From a virus, in the IMG/VR virus record IMGVR_UViG_3300013126_000021, positions 1-64,000 of that record: DNA of 64,000 nt. The stretch is one strand, 5' to 3'. The notes below the pieces were generated by a model. It was not told the DNA's origin, made no database searches, and saw only the letters and a program-made list of their open reading frames with translations. Shown in pieces: positions 8,175 through 18,235 of the stretch (the stretch's first letter is position 1; every line of letters starts with the position of its first letter). The position numbers and the translations under genes were made by a program.

Positions 8175-8704
8175 TTTTGTTTCTCTTTCAATTCACGATA
8201 AAAATTGCCAATCATAATCAATTCATCGATACTAGCATCTTTTTTTAAGATGTTAGCTCTATTTGAAACTATCATTATATTTTCTTTTATATAACCTTTA
8301 GAATTGTCTATTCTATCTATACTTGGTGCATTGCCATGGCTTTTTCTGTCTCCTGTTTCTAATTTTATACCTAGAACTGGGCATTTTTCTGGTATAACAA
8401 TATCATCGATAGTTATTGTGTGTTCCAGTCCTGCAACTTTTGCTCTTTGTTTTGAATTATTAAACATTGCTAACGTTGGTTTATATTTCCAATTATTTTT
8501 TCTTTTTTCGCGTTCTTTTGCTGCTCTTTCCGCAGAACAACTTTTACATTTATCACGAATCCCTTGAGAAGGATCTTCTTTTATTTTATATGAAAATAGA
8601 TTCTGTGGCAATAGTTGTTTACAGCCAACACATATGACCTTAGGTCTTGGTTCTCCGAACCCATTTTTACCATTTCTGGCCATCTGAGGCATTTTTTTGG
8701 ACAT
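8171..8704 (-). CDS. HNH endonuclease
   Basis: CxxC pairs; PEKCPVLG and PSIDRIDNSKGYIKENI..VS.RAN..K. Confidence 0.85.
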   Translation of the reverse strand: MSKKMPQMARNGKNGFGEPRPKVICVGCKQLLPQNLFSYKIKEDPSQGIRDKCKSCSAERAAKEREKRKNNWKYKPTLAMFNNSKQRAKVAGLEHTITIDDIVIPEKCPVLGIKLETGDRKSHGNAPSIDRIDNSKGYIKENIMIVSNRANILKKDASIDELIMIGNFYRELKEKQN

Positions 8705-8716
8705 AAAGTTCTCCTA

Positions 8717-8758
8717 TGCATATTCTATTATAACTATTTATAAAAAAAAGAATATGCA
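8717..8758 (-). promoter_or_regulatory. Late promoter TATAAATA enclosed by an inverted repeat adjacent to the RBS
   Basis: tgcatattct...tatttata...agaatatgca. Confidence 0.7.
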
Positions 8759-8765
8759 CAGATAT

Positions 8766-9566
8766 TCACGGTACGATATAACCTTTTTGTTTAAGATTTT
8801 CGACATTCATTTCAAAGTAAGGATACAACACATGATGAGGCATTGGCAAGATATTATTGACCATTTCTTGGATATTATCCGGCCATTTACCTTCCATTTC
8901 AAAATATTTCCATTTATACAAAAAAACTTCCCAGGATAGCCCACGGAAATTGTGTGAGCGAGACTGTTCTTTATATCTTGCCGCATCGGGTTCTGGGCGT
9001 TTTGCTAGGTGTAGAGTTGGATTCCAAACCCTTCCGTGCGCAAAATCATTGATCGATGATCGTTCTGGTAGGTACTTGATTGCACGGAGAAAATAGTCAC
9101 CTTCACCAAATCCATAATGAAATCTTTCATCCCAAAGCCCGATCTTTTTTACTGCATTTGGTGTATAAGAACATACCATATCACCAGCATCATCAGCATA
9201 GAAATCGAAAACAGTATGTAACTTGATCAACTTAAAAAGCCAATCACAATCCCATACTGTGTCATCTTGCGCAGTTACAACTATGTCAGCATCAGGATTA
9301 TTTAAATCTTTAAAGCCGTGAATCAATGCTGTATTCCACATTCTACCGAGCATAGCAGTAGCAAAATCTGGTGTCGCTCGATTATGAATAATGTTGACAT
9401 GCTCAACAAACGCAGGGTCTATCTTAAAATTAGTGTGATTATTAATAATGTTGACATGAAGATCAATGTTTTCAAGTTGGTTATCAAAGACTTGAAACAG
9501 AGTAGAAAGGTTTCTGTTTAAAGAAACCTCATCTTGCCAAGTAACAATAAAAACTTTAATTTTCAT
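8766..9566 (-). CDS. Glycosyltransferase (GT-A/GT2-like)
   Basis: AQDD motif; KKIGLWDERF..GFGEGDYFLRA. Confidence 0.7.
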   Translation of the reverse strand: MKIKVFIVTWQDEVSLNRNLSTLFQVFDNQLENIDLHVNIINNHTNFKIDPAFVEHVNIIHNRATPDFATAMLGRMWNTALIHGFKDLNNPDADIVVTAQDDTVWDCDWLFKLIKLHTVFDFYADDAGDMVCSYTPNAVKKIGLWDERFHYGFGEGDYFLRAIKYLPERSSINDFAHGRVWNPTLHLAKRPEPDAARYKEQSRSHNFRGLSWEVFLYKWKYFEMEGKWPDNIQEMVNNILPMPHHVLYPYFEMNVENLKQKGYIVP

Positions 9567-9794
9567 TTATCCACGCGCAGTGAATTCGGGAGGCACCTGA
9601 GTTAAGACGGGGGTAACTTTACCAACAAAACCCAATTTATTATCACTTCCAATAGAATATCCTGATACAACCAAAAACTTTTGTATAATGTCTAAGGTTT
9701 CTTCCAAAGTTTTATCAGAAAAATATATTTCGACTGATACTTTATCGTCAGACATGCTTCTCAATTCAAAAGATGAATTCATTTTATGCTCCAA
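9567..9794 (-). CDS. Hypothetical protein
   Basis: ORF tightly packed in operon. Confidence 0.55.
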   Translation of the reverse strand: MEHKMNSSFELRSMSDDKVSVEIYFSDKTLEETLDIIQKFLVVSGYSIGSDNKLGFVGKVTPVLTQVPPEFTARG

Positions 9795-10098
9795 AAGTTG
9801 GAATGTTTAGTTCGACACCCTTGTCGGATTGCGGTTTAATGTTTCCAATATCAGGTTTCTTTTTTGTTGGAAACCTTTTTGCAATATCTTCAGAGGTAAC
9901 TGTTTGCAAAACGAATTGCATAAACATAGAATAGTCATCGGATACTGTCATAGTTCGTGGTGAACCAGATTCGAGAGTGGAGAAATAAAGAACACATCCA
10001 CCTGCAACAAGTGGTGCTACCTCCATTATATTTTCCAGATTGATAATAACTTTACAGTTTTTAGGTACCAATGAATTTACTTCAATAAACATAGACAT
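9784..10098 (-). CDS. Hypothetical protein
   Basis: ORF with RBS, tightly packed. Confidence 0.65.
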   Translation of the reverse strand: MSMFIEVNSLVPKNCKVIINLENIMEVAPLVAGGCVLYFSTLESGSPRTMTVSDDYSMFMQFVLQTVTSEDIAKRFPTKKKPDIGNIKPQSDKGVELNIPTFGA

Positions 10099-10338
10099 TT
10101 ACATCTCCTCAATTTTAAATTTCAAGTCTTTATTTCGTCTGTTCATCGTATAATTAGTTTGAATTCTTACTTCCGGATTTTGAAAAGCCCAACACTCTCC
10201 ACCATCATCAAGAAAAACCACCCATTCAATATGGTGCTCTTGACTCCTTTCGATGAGAAAGTAAGCCCAACCATTTCCTTTTGGAGTTACAAGTGGTATA
10301 GGAGGGTTTAATTGTGTGATCATTATAACATAAACCAA
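10099..10338 (-). CDS. Hypothetical protein (likely start MITQLNPPIP)
   Basis: QLNPPIPL.TPKG.G.A pattern seen in small phage proteins. Confidence 0.6.
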   Translation of the reverse strand: MVYVIMITQLNPPIPLVTPKGNGWAYFLIERSQEHHIEWVVFLDDGGECWAFQNPEVRIQTNYTMNRRNKDLKFKIEEM

Positions 10339-10582
10339 AATGAAAATACAAGAGCAATTGAAATGAAAAAAGCCACAGTAAAAAGAATTCTCCTCATTCT
10401 GCGGCGTTTTTCTATTTCCCGATAAATTTTTTCTAATTCCAAAAAAAGGTCAACATGTATCATAACAAACTCTTTTAATTTATACTACATTATTTAGTGA
10501 TACCAATTAGATGAAATATTTTTATTTTTAATATATAGCATTTCACAGTAACAATCTACCATAAAATATACGAAATTTTTAA

Positions 10583-10741
10583 TTAGTTCCAAGATTTTCT
10601 CCCTAAGGTTCTTTGGTATTGAATTGTAAACCTTTCCACTTCGAATACTGTTTGAGGTCTTTTAGACTCAACATAATTCTGAATGGATGATTCATTCTTT
10701 TTTGCGAACGAATCAAGTATTTTATAAATTGTTTTTATCAT
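10583..10741 (-). CDS. 52-aa protein MIKTIYKILDSFAKKNESSIQNYVESKRPQTVFEVERFTIQY (below ORF-track cutoff)
   Basis: ATG overlaps the upstream stop (TAATG); translated by hand. Confidence 0.6.
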   Translation of the reverse strand: MIKTIYKILDSFAKKNESSIQNYVESKRPQTVFEVERFTIQYQRTLGRKSWN

Positions 10742-10941
10742 TATTTTACTTTTTTAATTACGCTTTCAGTAAAATAAGATAAAATGTCATTACTGGTTTT
10801 TACAATCTGCTTGACGAATTCGGTTTGTGTATCCACATAAGCATGTAATGAATTTTGAATACTCTTATCAGTTACAAAAGTATTCACTACATATTTTTTA
10901 CCATTTTGGATGGTGTCAATCATTTGATCGGCTGCAAACAT
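10741..10941 (-). CDS. Small helical protein, possibly phasin-like
   Basis: AGGAG RBS; amphipathic helical composition; TGC-rich dyad upstream. Confidence 0.5.
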   Translation of the reverse strand: MFAADQMIDTIQNGKKYVVNTFVTDKSIQNSLHAYVDTQTEFVKQIVKTSNDILSYFTESVIKKVK

Positions 10942-11003
10942 ATTTTTCTCCTAAAGTTAATGTTACTATTGTATATAGGAAATTTTATGCTGCAAGCGCA
11001 CAA

Positions 11004-11252
11004 TTATCCGATGAGTTTTTGTAGGTGCAGTCTAGCAGAGTCCACCGAGGTACACTTTTGCCCATTGACGAAAATAGACTTAGGAGAATAAATTAAAACT
11101 TCACCATTTCTCATAGACAAACGATAAAAAGTTTGCCCCTTTCGATCTTTATCTTTAGTTTTGAAACTGGAAAAATTATGTACAAGATCGCCCCACATGA
11201 GTGTTTCACACAATTCTTCACAAGCAAGCGAACGAAAATAATTTGCATTCAT
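11004..11252 (-). CDS. Hypothetical protein
   Basis: ORF directly behind a promoter. Confidence 0.6.
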   Translation of the reverse strand: MNANYFRSLACEELCETLMWGDLVHNFSSFKTKDKDRKGQTFYRLSMRNGEVLIYSPKSIFVNGQKCTSVDSARLHLQKLIG

Positions 11253-11260
11253 AACGAAAT

Positions 11261-11324
11261 CCTTTGTCTATACAATATTATAGCATAGACAAAGGGTAAT
11301 GGCAAGTGTTGCTTTTATACAACA
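11261..11324 (-). promoter_or_regulatory. Promoter TTGCCA-N17-TATAAT with TGTTG-N8-CAACA dyad; -10 lies in the loop of an 11-bp inverted repeat
   Basis: cctttgtctat/atagacaaagg flank the -10; dyad at 11307-11324. Confidence 0.8.
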
Positions 11325-11518
11325 GAATTAACAATATCTTTGAAATTTTTCCATTCGTTTTTATTCATAAAAAATTGAATTTTCGAACGGAGCGCATCAG
11401 GGTGTTTAGCTCCTTGATATTCCACTTCGAGAATGACCTGTTTCAGTTCACCCACATTGTTCGTTGTAAAATAATACCTATATTGCTGGTATTGGTCAGA
11501 AAATTCAAAACGAATCAT
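11315..11518 (-). CDS. Hypothetical protein
   Basis: ATGA overlap with the upstream ATPase. Confidence 0.6.
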   Translation of the reverse strand: MIRFEFSDQYQQYRYYFTTNNVGELKQVILEVEYQGAKHPDALRSKIQFFMNKNEWKNFKDIVNSVV

Positions 11519-12663
11519 ATAAATCCTACCTTTCGTTCAAGTGGTTTTGAAGTATTTATGTTTTGCTCAAAGAAAATATCGGAGATAGTCCATTTTTCTT
11601 TCTTATCGTTGTTAAGAGAAACACCAACTTTTTCGGCCAGTTTTTTTGCGTCTACCAAATTCAACTCAGAAAAGGTAACAATATCATAACATCTACCTGG
11701 GCGAATGAGTGCTGGATCAATATCACGGATTGATGGTAGATTAGTGGAGAACACTAGTTTCTTATTTCGAGTTGTCACAAGCCCATCACCAACATTCAGA
11801 AACTTGTGCATCATTGTATTGCCATCTTGACGAGATTTCAAAAACATATCCGCATCTTCAAGAACAAGAATAGATTTGTTACTCTCAATAAAATTAGCAA
11901 AAACATAATCTTTTTCGAGAATATTCGAATCGTAGGACACCATTGCGGAGATATTGCAATGTTGTAGCAGCCCTCGAATAAAGGTTGTTTTTCCTGTACC
12001 GGGAGGACCAATCAAAAGGAGAATCGATGCAGAAGATTCCATAAAATCGTCATAGTAATCATCAAGTGATTTACCATTTAGAAAAGGATACATCTCTTCA
12101 ATTGGTTTCCGATCATGCATGATGGGAATGTCAATAGAATGCCCTTCTGAACTGTACAACCATTCAATGTGATTGTTAACTATCTCAAAATTATTTACCA
12201 AACCTGCCTTTTGCTTTCTAATAAATTTGCTATCACCTACTAGATCAATCGTTGCATGAGTGGGGTGAATATTGTATTCAAGATAAGAAATATTTTTGTC
12301 GTCAAAAAGATAACCGCGATTCGAACTAATCTGAACAACTCTCAGATTAAGATTTCTGATATATTCTTTCCAATTCTGCGCAGAAACATATACACCAAAG
12401 GTGTCATACTCACACTCCAGGTTTTGTCTGACACGCTCATATACAACTTTACTTGTGAGCATATCTGTCAAGTCTGATGCACCCAAGTAAATCTCTTGTT
12501 GTTTTAACTCTTTTACTGCAATATCCATAGGTATACCGTCTCCATAAATTCCTTTAGATGAATATCTAAAAAATCTTTTTTTAGATGTGGCTTTTCTTTT
12601 TTTACCAGGGAAAAGCCGCATCTGATTTAATTTCATCAGCATCTCATTTAGAGAATACTTCAT
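11515..12663 (-). CDS. AAA+ ATPase
   Basis: GPPGTGKT Walker A, LVLEDAD Walker B, DPALIRPGR second region of homology. Confidence 0.9.
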   Translation of the reverse strand: MKYSLNEMLMKLNQMRLFPGKKRKATSKKRFFRYSSKGIYGDGIPMDIAVKELKQQEIYLGASDLTDMLTSKVVYERVRQNLECEYDTFGVYVSAQNWKEYIRNLNLRVVQISSNRGYLFDDKNISYLEYNIHPTHATIDLVGDSKFIRKQKAGLVNNFEIVNNHIEWLYSSEGHSIDIPIMHDRKPIEEMYPFLNGKSLDDYYDDFMESSASILLLIGPPGTGKTTFIRGLLQHCNISAMVSYDSNILEKDYVFANFIESNKSILVLEDADMFLKSRQDGNTMMHKFLNVGDGLVTTRNKKLVFSTNLPSIRDIDPALIRPGRCYDIVTFSELNLVDAKKLAEKVGVSLNNDKKEKWTISDIFFEQNINTSKPLERKVGFI

Positions 12664-12804
12664 TTACTTAAAATTTCCCATGTTTTAAAATCAACTTTTT
12701 TTATTTTTTTAATATCAATGTCATGTTTGCGACAATAGTTCCATGCATCCAAATAAAAGGTGAAATATTTTTCATTCACGGTATTTTCCTCTTCCACTTC
12801 TTTT

Positions 12805-12990
12805 TTATTTTTCTTCATTGTTTTTCATGAACCTTTGCAAAACCATCTTTGCATCTTTATATTCTGTCATTGAATAGATTTCTTTTTCAATTTTATCCTC
12901 AACAGTCATCGTAACCAAATTTGAAACATGGTTCTCAGAGTTAGGTTGCAGTCGTAAGGAAAAAACAGGATCAATATTAAAACGATTCAT
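12805..12990 (-). CDS. Hypothetical protein
   Basis: ORF with RBS. Confidence 0.5.
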   Translation of the reverse strand: MNRFNIDPVFSLRLQPNSENHVSNLVTMTVEDKIEKEIYSMTEYKDAKMVLQRFMKNNEEK

Positions 12991-13000
12991 TTATTATTCC

Positions 13001-13336
13001 TTATGCGGCAAGTTCTTCAAGTTCTTCGCGTTTTGGAGTAGGCTGAATAGGTTCAACTGGTGTTACAGGCTTGATTTGTTTACCAATATAACGCCCATCT
13101 GGATTGAATTCTTGTGGGTTCATCAATTGATATGCAAGCACTTTCGTTCCTTTTTTATGTACTCTAACCACACCACCGTCTTTCCTGATATTATAAATGT
13201 TGGTTGAAAGACGATACAGTACGGATTCCTGATCCGTGCCCTTAAAACATTCTCGAATATCATCTGGCGAAATAGGTTTACCAGACAAGAGCACACAAGC
13301 AATTTTTTCGTGACGGTTAATTTTGCGTTTGTTCAT
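13001..13336 (-). CDS. Putative winged-HTH DNA-binding protein
   Basis: Start MNKRK after GAGG RBS; LYRLSTNIYNIRKDGG pattern. Confidence 0.5.
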   Translation of the reverse strand: MNKRKINRHEKIACVLLSGKPISPDDIRECFKGTDQESVLYRLSTNIYNIRKDGGVVRVHKKGTKVLAYQLMNPQEFNPDGRYIGKQIKPVTPVEPIQPTPKREELEELAA

Positions 13337-13375
13337 TATAAAGTTCCTCTTCAAATTGGAAAATACATACAATTC

Positions 13376-13435
13376 ATTATAACATATTCAAAATGTTTCG
13401 GCAACAATAAATTTTACTGTTGTTGTTTTGCAACA
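13376..13435 (-). promoter_or_regulatory. Promoter TTGCCG-N17-TATAAT with upstream TGTTG-N8-CAACA dyad
   Basis: Dyad tgttgttgttttgcaaca at 13418-13435. Confidence 0.75.
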
Positions 13436-13995
13436 CCATATAAAAGCTGCATCGCATCGGCAATACAATCATCCACCGGGTCATGTTTTGTTATATGTAT
13501 GTCAAAATTAAACCCAGGATAATCTACCTCCACGTATCCGTTTTGTGTATTGTAGAAGATATCGATTGCTGTACGAACATCACGCCACCGAGCGTATGGA
13601 AAGACTGGATCGATACCCAGTTGTTCTTCAATGTCATCCATGACCAACTGATCTAGATTACCTCTTGCCCACACCCAAGATTTATTATCATTGAATTGTG
13701 ACGCATATTCTCGAAGCATTTCATAACCTTCTTCAAAAACAACATCTTTTGCGCTAGGACTAAATGACTTTCGTTTCACGTTGTCGCATTGTTTAGCCCA
13801 CCATTCCATGGTTGACCTACTTACCGACCTTTTCAGTCGAGTCATCTGGTCTTCTGCATTCAATTTAACAAAAAAAGCATTTAGTTGCAAATCGCCAAAG
13901 GTAGGTTTTTTAACTGGATCGAAGTGAATTGCGGCCATTGAAAGAATGACCGAATTCGACCTCTTACCAAGTGTCTCCACGTCGAATATGAACAT
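13414..13995 (-). CDS. DEDD 3'-5' exonuclease (DexA-like)
   Basis: FDVETLG, VWARG..D, RDVRT, H..VDDC..D. Confidence 0.85.
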   Translation of the reverse strand: MFIFDVETLGKRSNSVILSMAAIHFDPVKKPTFGDLQLNAFFVKLNAEDQMTRLKRSVSRSTMEWWAKQCDNVKRKSFSPSAKDVVFEEGYEMLREYASQFNDNKSWVWARGNLDQLVMDDIEEQLGIDPVFPYARWRDVRTAIDIFYNTQNGYVEVDYPGFNFDIHITKHDPVDDCIADAMQLLYGVAKQQQ

Positions 13996-15164
13996 TATAG
14001 AGGAAGCTCGTCTTTAATTATTTCAGTTGCGGGAGCAGGTTGTTCCGCATCTGCAACTTTTGTATCAACTTTACTATACAGGTCAAGAAACGAAAGTTTT
14101 GTTTCTTCATCAAAACGATTCACGCAGAGTTCAATTGCTTTTTTCCTATCAGGGAAAATTGAATAAGTTTTTGCAATATGGACGAGGCGCCGAGTTGAAA
14201 TAATTTCATCAATACCGCCTTCGGCATAAGTTTTGCGAATTACATCTGCCCATTTAACAAGATTTTCACAAAACTCATCATCTCGAATAAGAGGTTTCAA
14301 AATTTTCAATTCGACCCGAGATTCTGGATATTCCTGTTCGACAGTAATAGTAAACCTTTCTAAAAACGCATCATCGAGAATTTGTGAAAGATATTTACCT
14401 TCGTCAGAACCACGCCCTTTTGTGTTTGCCGTTGCAATGACATTGAATCCATCTTTAGCATGAATGTATTCACCAGACTTTTTATTGAAATATGGTTTAC
14501 CTTCAAGAATACCTTGGAGGCACATGAGTTTATTTGATCCACGGTCGATTTCGTCAATCAGCAAAATAGCACCACGTTTCATTGCTGTGATAACTGGACC
14601 ATCACGGTATACGATATTGCCATCGATTAGCGTTTGCCCACCAATCAGATCAGTTTCATCAGTTTCAACTGAAATGTTTACGCGAATACATTCACGTTTC
14701 AAGTTTGCGCAAACTTGTTCAACCATCAAAGTTTTACCGTTACCTGACATTCCAGTAATGAAAACGGGAAAAAAACTTTTCGTTTGAACAATTGAAAGTA
14801 GGTCTTTATAGAATCCAAAAGGTACATAACCATCGTATTTTTCGGGAATAGAAACGTCAACATCATCTTGCATCTTCTTTTGACGCAATACATGAACCGT
14901 GGCAGACATATCTACCACCGGGAGCGTTTCTTGTTTTTCTACTGTTTTTGTAGTAACAATTTTTCCGTCAACTGTATCTGGGAGTTTATACAAACCACGA
15001 TCAGCGCGAAATTCTTGTCGAGTCACAAACCAGAAAGGATACGGAACATTTCTTTCTTCAACAACTTTTTGAATTTGATCTCGGTTAATAACCGCATTTT
15101 GCCCAAATACTTCGGTGGCAGCATTAACGAAAGCCTTTGCATTTTTGTTCATCAAGTTCTCCAT
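13995..15164 (-). CDS. CobS/MoxR-like AAA ATPase
   Basis: GMSGNGKT, ETDETDLIGG, LLIDEID, ATANTKGRG, DAFLERF, ISTRRL. Confidence 0.92.
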   Translation of the reverse strand: MENLMNKNAKAFVNAATEVFGQNAVINRDQIQKVVEERNVPYPFWFVTRQEFRADRGLYKLPDTVDGKIVTTKTVEKQETLPVVDMSATVHVLRQKKMQDDVDVSIPEKYDGYVPFGFYKDLLSIVQTKSFFPVFITGMSGNGKTLMVEQVCANLKRECIRVNISVETDETDLIGGQTLIDGNIVYRDGPVITAMKRGAILLIDEIDRGSNKLMCLQGILEGKPYFNKKSGEYIHAKDGFNVIATANTKGRGSDEGKYLSQILDDAFLERFTITVEQEYPESRVELKILKPLIRDDEFCENLVKWADVIRKTYAEGGIDEIISTRRLVHIAKTYSIFPDRKKAIELCVNRFDEETKLSFLDLYSKVDTKVADAEQPAPATEIIKDELPL

Positions 15165-15181
15165 AATTTAGAATGTTCCAT

Positions 15182-15235
15182 ATATTAACATCAATTTCAA
15201 ACAATGGCAAATGGTATTTTTGTTTTTTTACAACA
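15182..15235 (-). promoter_or_regulatory. Promoter TTGCCA-N17-TAATAT with degenerate dyad
   Basis: Spacing and a CAACA half-site. Confidence 0.55.
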
Positions 15236-15966
15236 CATTTACCAAAAAACAACACATTTTTGTACCTATATACTTATGCCGTACCTTAGAATAAAAGGTT
15301 CTTAACAAAATCAAACAAAGAACCAAATGTAATTGATAAGACAATAATCAACAATATCAATAATGAAAAACAAATCAACGGCAAGAAAATAAAACCAATT
15401 ATTCTTTCTAACATGTGTAATCGGAAATAATTAGTTTCAACGCATCAATTCTTTTTTTATTTCCTTCAATATCATCTAGATGAATATAACAATCATCTTT
15501 TAATGATTCTTCCAGACATTCTAAATAATTTTTAAGAGCAATGACAACGATTTGATCCGCCGTTTCCGCATCAATTTTAATATCATAAAACATTTTTTTA
15601 TTTCCTTATAGATTATCTGGATTACCACCCATATAAAAAGGCCTTTTTACCTTTTCTTTTTGTTGTTCATTAGTATTAGTATCTGTTTTTGGTGGGCAAT
15701 AGAAGCACATCGGTGTCATTGGGCTGTATACTCTATGGCAAAGAGGGCATTGCCACCCCTGCTGAACAAAAAGATTTGGTGTATTCATTTTACATCACAA
15801 ATAAAAGTTTTGTTACCGACATAAAATCCATTTAATCGTTCGCATTCTTTTGCAATCATGTTATGTGCGGAGACATATCCAATAAACAAACCAATAAACA
15901 AACCACAAATCGCTGTTAGAATTGAGAACATAACTGCACCCGTTGAATCAATACTGGTTCGCATAA

Positions 15967-16317
15967 TCACCTCTTAGCAACTTTGACTTGCATAATGATA
16001 TCGTTGATATCAGGTCTTTCAATCCAACGCCCAACAAATTTAACATTTGGGTTTGAAGTACCCCTTAGACAATCTAAACCGTAAACAAATTTGTATTTCA
16101 CTTCGTCTGTATTCTTATAACCAAAACTCCGATATTCATCATAATTTAGACATACAATATAAAGAGTTTTTGGGCTTAAAAGTTGTTGTTCGTAATTTTT
16201 AATAACACGTTCTTTAGCAGCAAGACGATCTTCTTGCCAAACATTAGTTTCTACAATTGTTTTCATCCAATCATAAAATTCATTGAGTTTTTTCATATCT
16301 TTATTAAGATCAATCAT
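15967..16317 (-). CDS. Hypothetical protein
   Basis: Packed ORF. Confidence 0.6.
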   Translation of the reverse strand: MIDLNKDMKKLNEFYDWMKTIVETNVWQEDRLAAKERVIKNYEQQLLSPKTLYIVCLNYDEYRSFGYKNTDEVKYKFVYGLDCLRGTSNPNVKFVGRWIERPDINDIIMQVKVAKR

Positions 16318-16511
16318 TCTTCAACTCCGAAATGTTCAAAGATATTCAATGCTTCATTGCGGGTGACCTTGCTGGCACATTCCTTCACAATCAACTCGGC
16401 GAACTTTTCGGCAAAGGCATCTAACTCGGCATTTTTAGAAATCTTTTTGTTCGTAGTTTCTTCAGCCATAAACTTGGCCTGCCCTACAAGTTCTCGAATT
16501 CGTTCGTTCAT
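16314..16511 (-). CDS. MNERI-family mini-protein
   Basis: MNERIREL / EKFAELIVKEC / HFGVEE. Confidence 0.8.
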   Translation of the reverse strand: MNERIRELVGQAKFMAEETTNKKISKNAELDAFAEKFAELIVKECASKVTRNEALNIFEHFGVEE

Positions 16512-16897
16512 GAAAACTCTCTTTCTGAAAAACTGTAACCATCCTCATCATCCCAATCATATTCGGGATTGAACCAAGTGTGCCCATACTTGTTAGGTTT
16601 TCTTCCTTCATCATTGTGAAGCTGATTCTTGCGCCCAGACCCATTTACAAAATCAGGAGACTTTTGTCCTTCAATATACTGCACAAACCAATCGTAGTCA
16701 ATTCGTTCGCGATACTCGTCCATGATGATCCGATCTTTTAGAAACTCTTTCCATTGTTTCCAAGACACCAGACGCTCTGCACGATACCCATGAAAAGAGA
16801 ATGCCCAACCTCCGGAAGATTTACCGATATGGTATTCTTCATCGTAACGGTCACAACATTCGCAATGGTTAGAAGCAACATAATAATTAGTTCCCAT
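16508..16897 (-). CDS. Hypothetical protein
   Basis: MGTNYY..C..C...HIGKSSGGWAF, IMDEY, D.DGYSFS..EFS conserved-looking blocks. Confidence 0.75.
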   Translation of the reverse strand: MGTNYYVASNHCECCDRYDEEYHIGKSSGGWAFSFHGYRAERLVSWKQWKEFLKDRIIMDEYRERIDYDWFVQYIEGQKSPDFVNGSGRKNQLHNDEGRKPNKYGHTWFNPEYDWDDEDGYSFSEREFS

Positions 16898-17097
16898 TAT
16901 TCAATCCCAAAATGTTGTTTGATTTGATGCGCCACATGACGACCATAAAAAGGTTTATCAGGTTCTTCGGCAAAATTTTTAGCACATTCCCGAACAATCA
17001 ACTCGGCAAACTTTTCCAACACTAACTCCAAAAGTATACCTTCTTTTTCAACAGCATGTTTGGCACTTTCGGCAAGTTCTTGCATTCGTTCGTTCAT
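16897..17097 (-). CDS. MNERI-family mini-protein
   Basis: MNERMQEL / EKFAELIVREC / HFGIE. Confidence 0.8.
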   Translation of the reverse strand: MNERMQELAESAKHAVEKEGILLELVLEKFAELIVRECAKNFAEEPDKPFYGRHVAHQIKQHFGIE

Positions 17098-17393
17098 AGT
17101 TCAATACCATCCGTGTCGAGATTTGAAATCGCCCAATCGAGCCATGGCTGCACCTAACCCAAGACCACGGGCACGATACACTCTCAAAAGTTTTACGACT
17201 CGAATCTGTGACAGCATCACAGCACCACCTTTTCAAGAATACTGACATCCCAAGCTATCATGGCATTACGCCCGAACTTGCGTTCAGCAAACTCATAGGC
17301 TTTGTCTCGGCTGTCAAACACATCATAAACTGTTCCTCGATAGTTGACAATGTAGACTGTCATCTCTTGCTCCGTTTTGTTCACCATATACAC

Positions 17394-17441
17394 ATTATAG
17401 CGAAAAGTATGGTGTTTGTCAAGTGTTGTTTCTATACAACA
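17394..17441 (-). promoter_or_regulatory. Consensus promoter TTGACA-N17-TATAAT with adjacent TGTTG-N8-CAACA dyad
   Basis: Dyad at 17424-17441. Confidence 0.85.
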
Positions 17442-17449
17442 TATCTGTT

Positions 17450-17872
17450 TTATGCAACACTTGAGCGTTCGTATTTTTCCCCTGCTCCTCTGACCTCAGA
17501 CATGTTTCTTCGAGCAATATCCTCATAAAACTTTTCGTTCGGTTGTTGAATTCTGTACGCAAATTTACCACCAAAGTACACACAGAATCCTCCACCCTGA
17601 TCAGATTCGAGAATAGTAGTGTAAGCTGATGTTATTGCCGCACCCCCAATACCACCAAACCCCAGTGCAGTTGAAGCCCATGTTTGCGGAAACATTGCGT
17701 AAACTGAGATATTATACTCAGTATGCTTACCCTTCTTTGTGATTCGTCGATCTTCTTTCGTCTTACGATAGTGTTCCCAGTCACGATCTTCATACTCAAA
17801 TTCGGGAAATCCTGCATAAACTGCATGAGCAAAAGCACTGTGAAGATCGTTGATTCCGTTGCCTGTTTTCAT
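17450..17872 (-). CDS. Hypothetical protein
   Basis: FPQTWASTALGFGGIGG.A.T.AYT block. Confidence 0.75.
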   Translation of the reverse strand: MKTGNGINDLHSAFAHAVYAGFPEFEYEDRDWEHYRKTKEDRRITKKGKHTEYNISVYAMFPQTWASTALGFGGIGGAAITSAYTTILESDQGGGFCVYFGGKFAYRIQQPNEKFYEDIARRNMSEVRGAGEKYERSSVA

Positions 17873-17875
17873 AAT

Positions 17876-18235
17876 TTAGTCCTTCATTTCAAAAACATAA
17901 TGCCCACCACGCTGCGAAGAATACCAGTGCCATCTCCATAGTACATGGTTTTTTTGCATAGCCATGATGATAGCTTCATTGCCGCCCCACCCGGCTGTAC
18001 TGATGTAGATACGCTTTACAGGACGCTTAAAGATTTCATCAATTTCTTCTACTTCAGACCAGCCCCAAGATCGAAGATACCAGATTTCGTTGATGAAGGC
18101 AAACCATCCTTCTGAATCTTCAAACTTCCAGTTGGCAATCTTGTTTAGTGCCTCATGGGTAGGATAGCCATCATCATCAACGTATTCAGACACTTTACAC
18201 TCCATCATTAAAATTAGATCCGCGCCAAACTTCAA
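17876..18235 (-). CDS. Hypothetical protein (start probably ~18193)
   Basis: DDDGYPT, STAGWGGNE, W..S.RGGHYVF. Confidence 0.7.
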   Translation of the reverse strand: MKFGADLILMMECKVSEYVDDDGYPTHEALNKIANWKFEDSEGWFAFINEIWYLRSWGWSEVEEIDEIFKRPVKRIYISTAGWGGNEAIIMAMQKNHVLWRWHWYSSQRGGHYVFEMKD

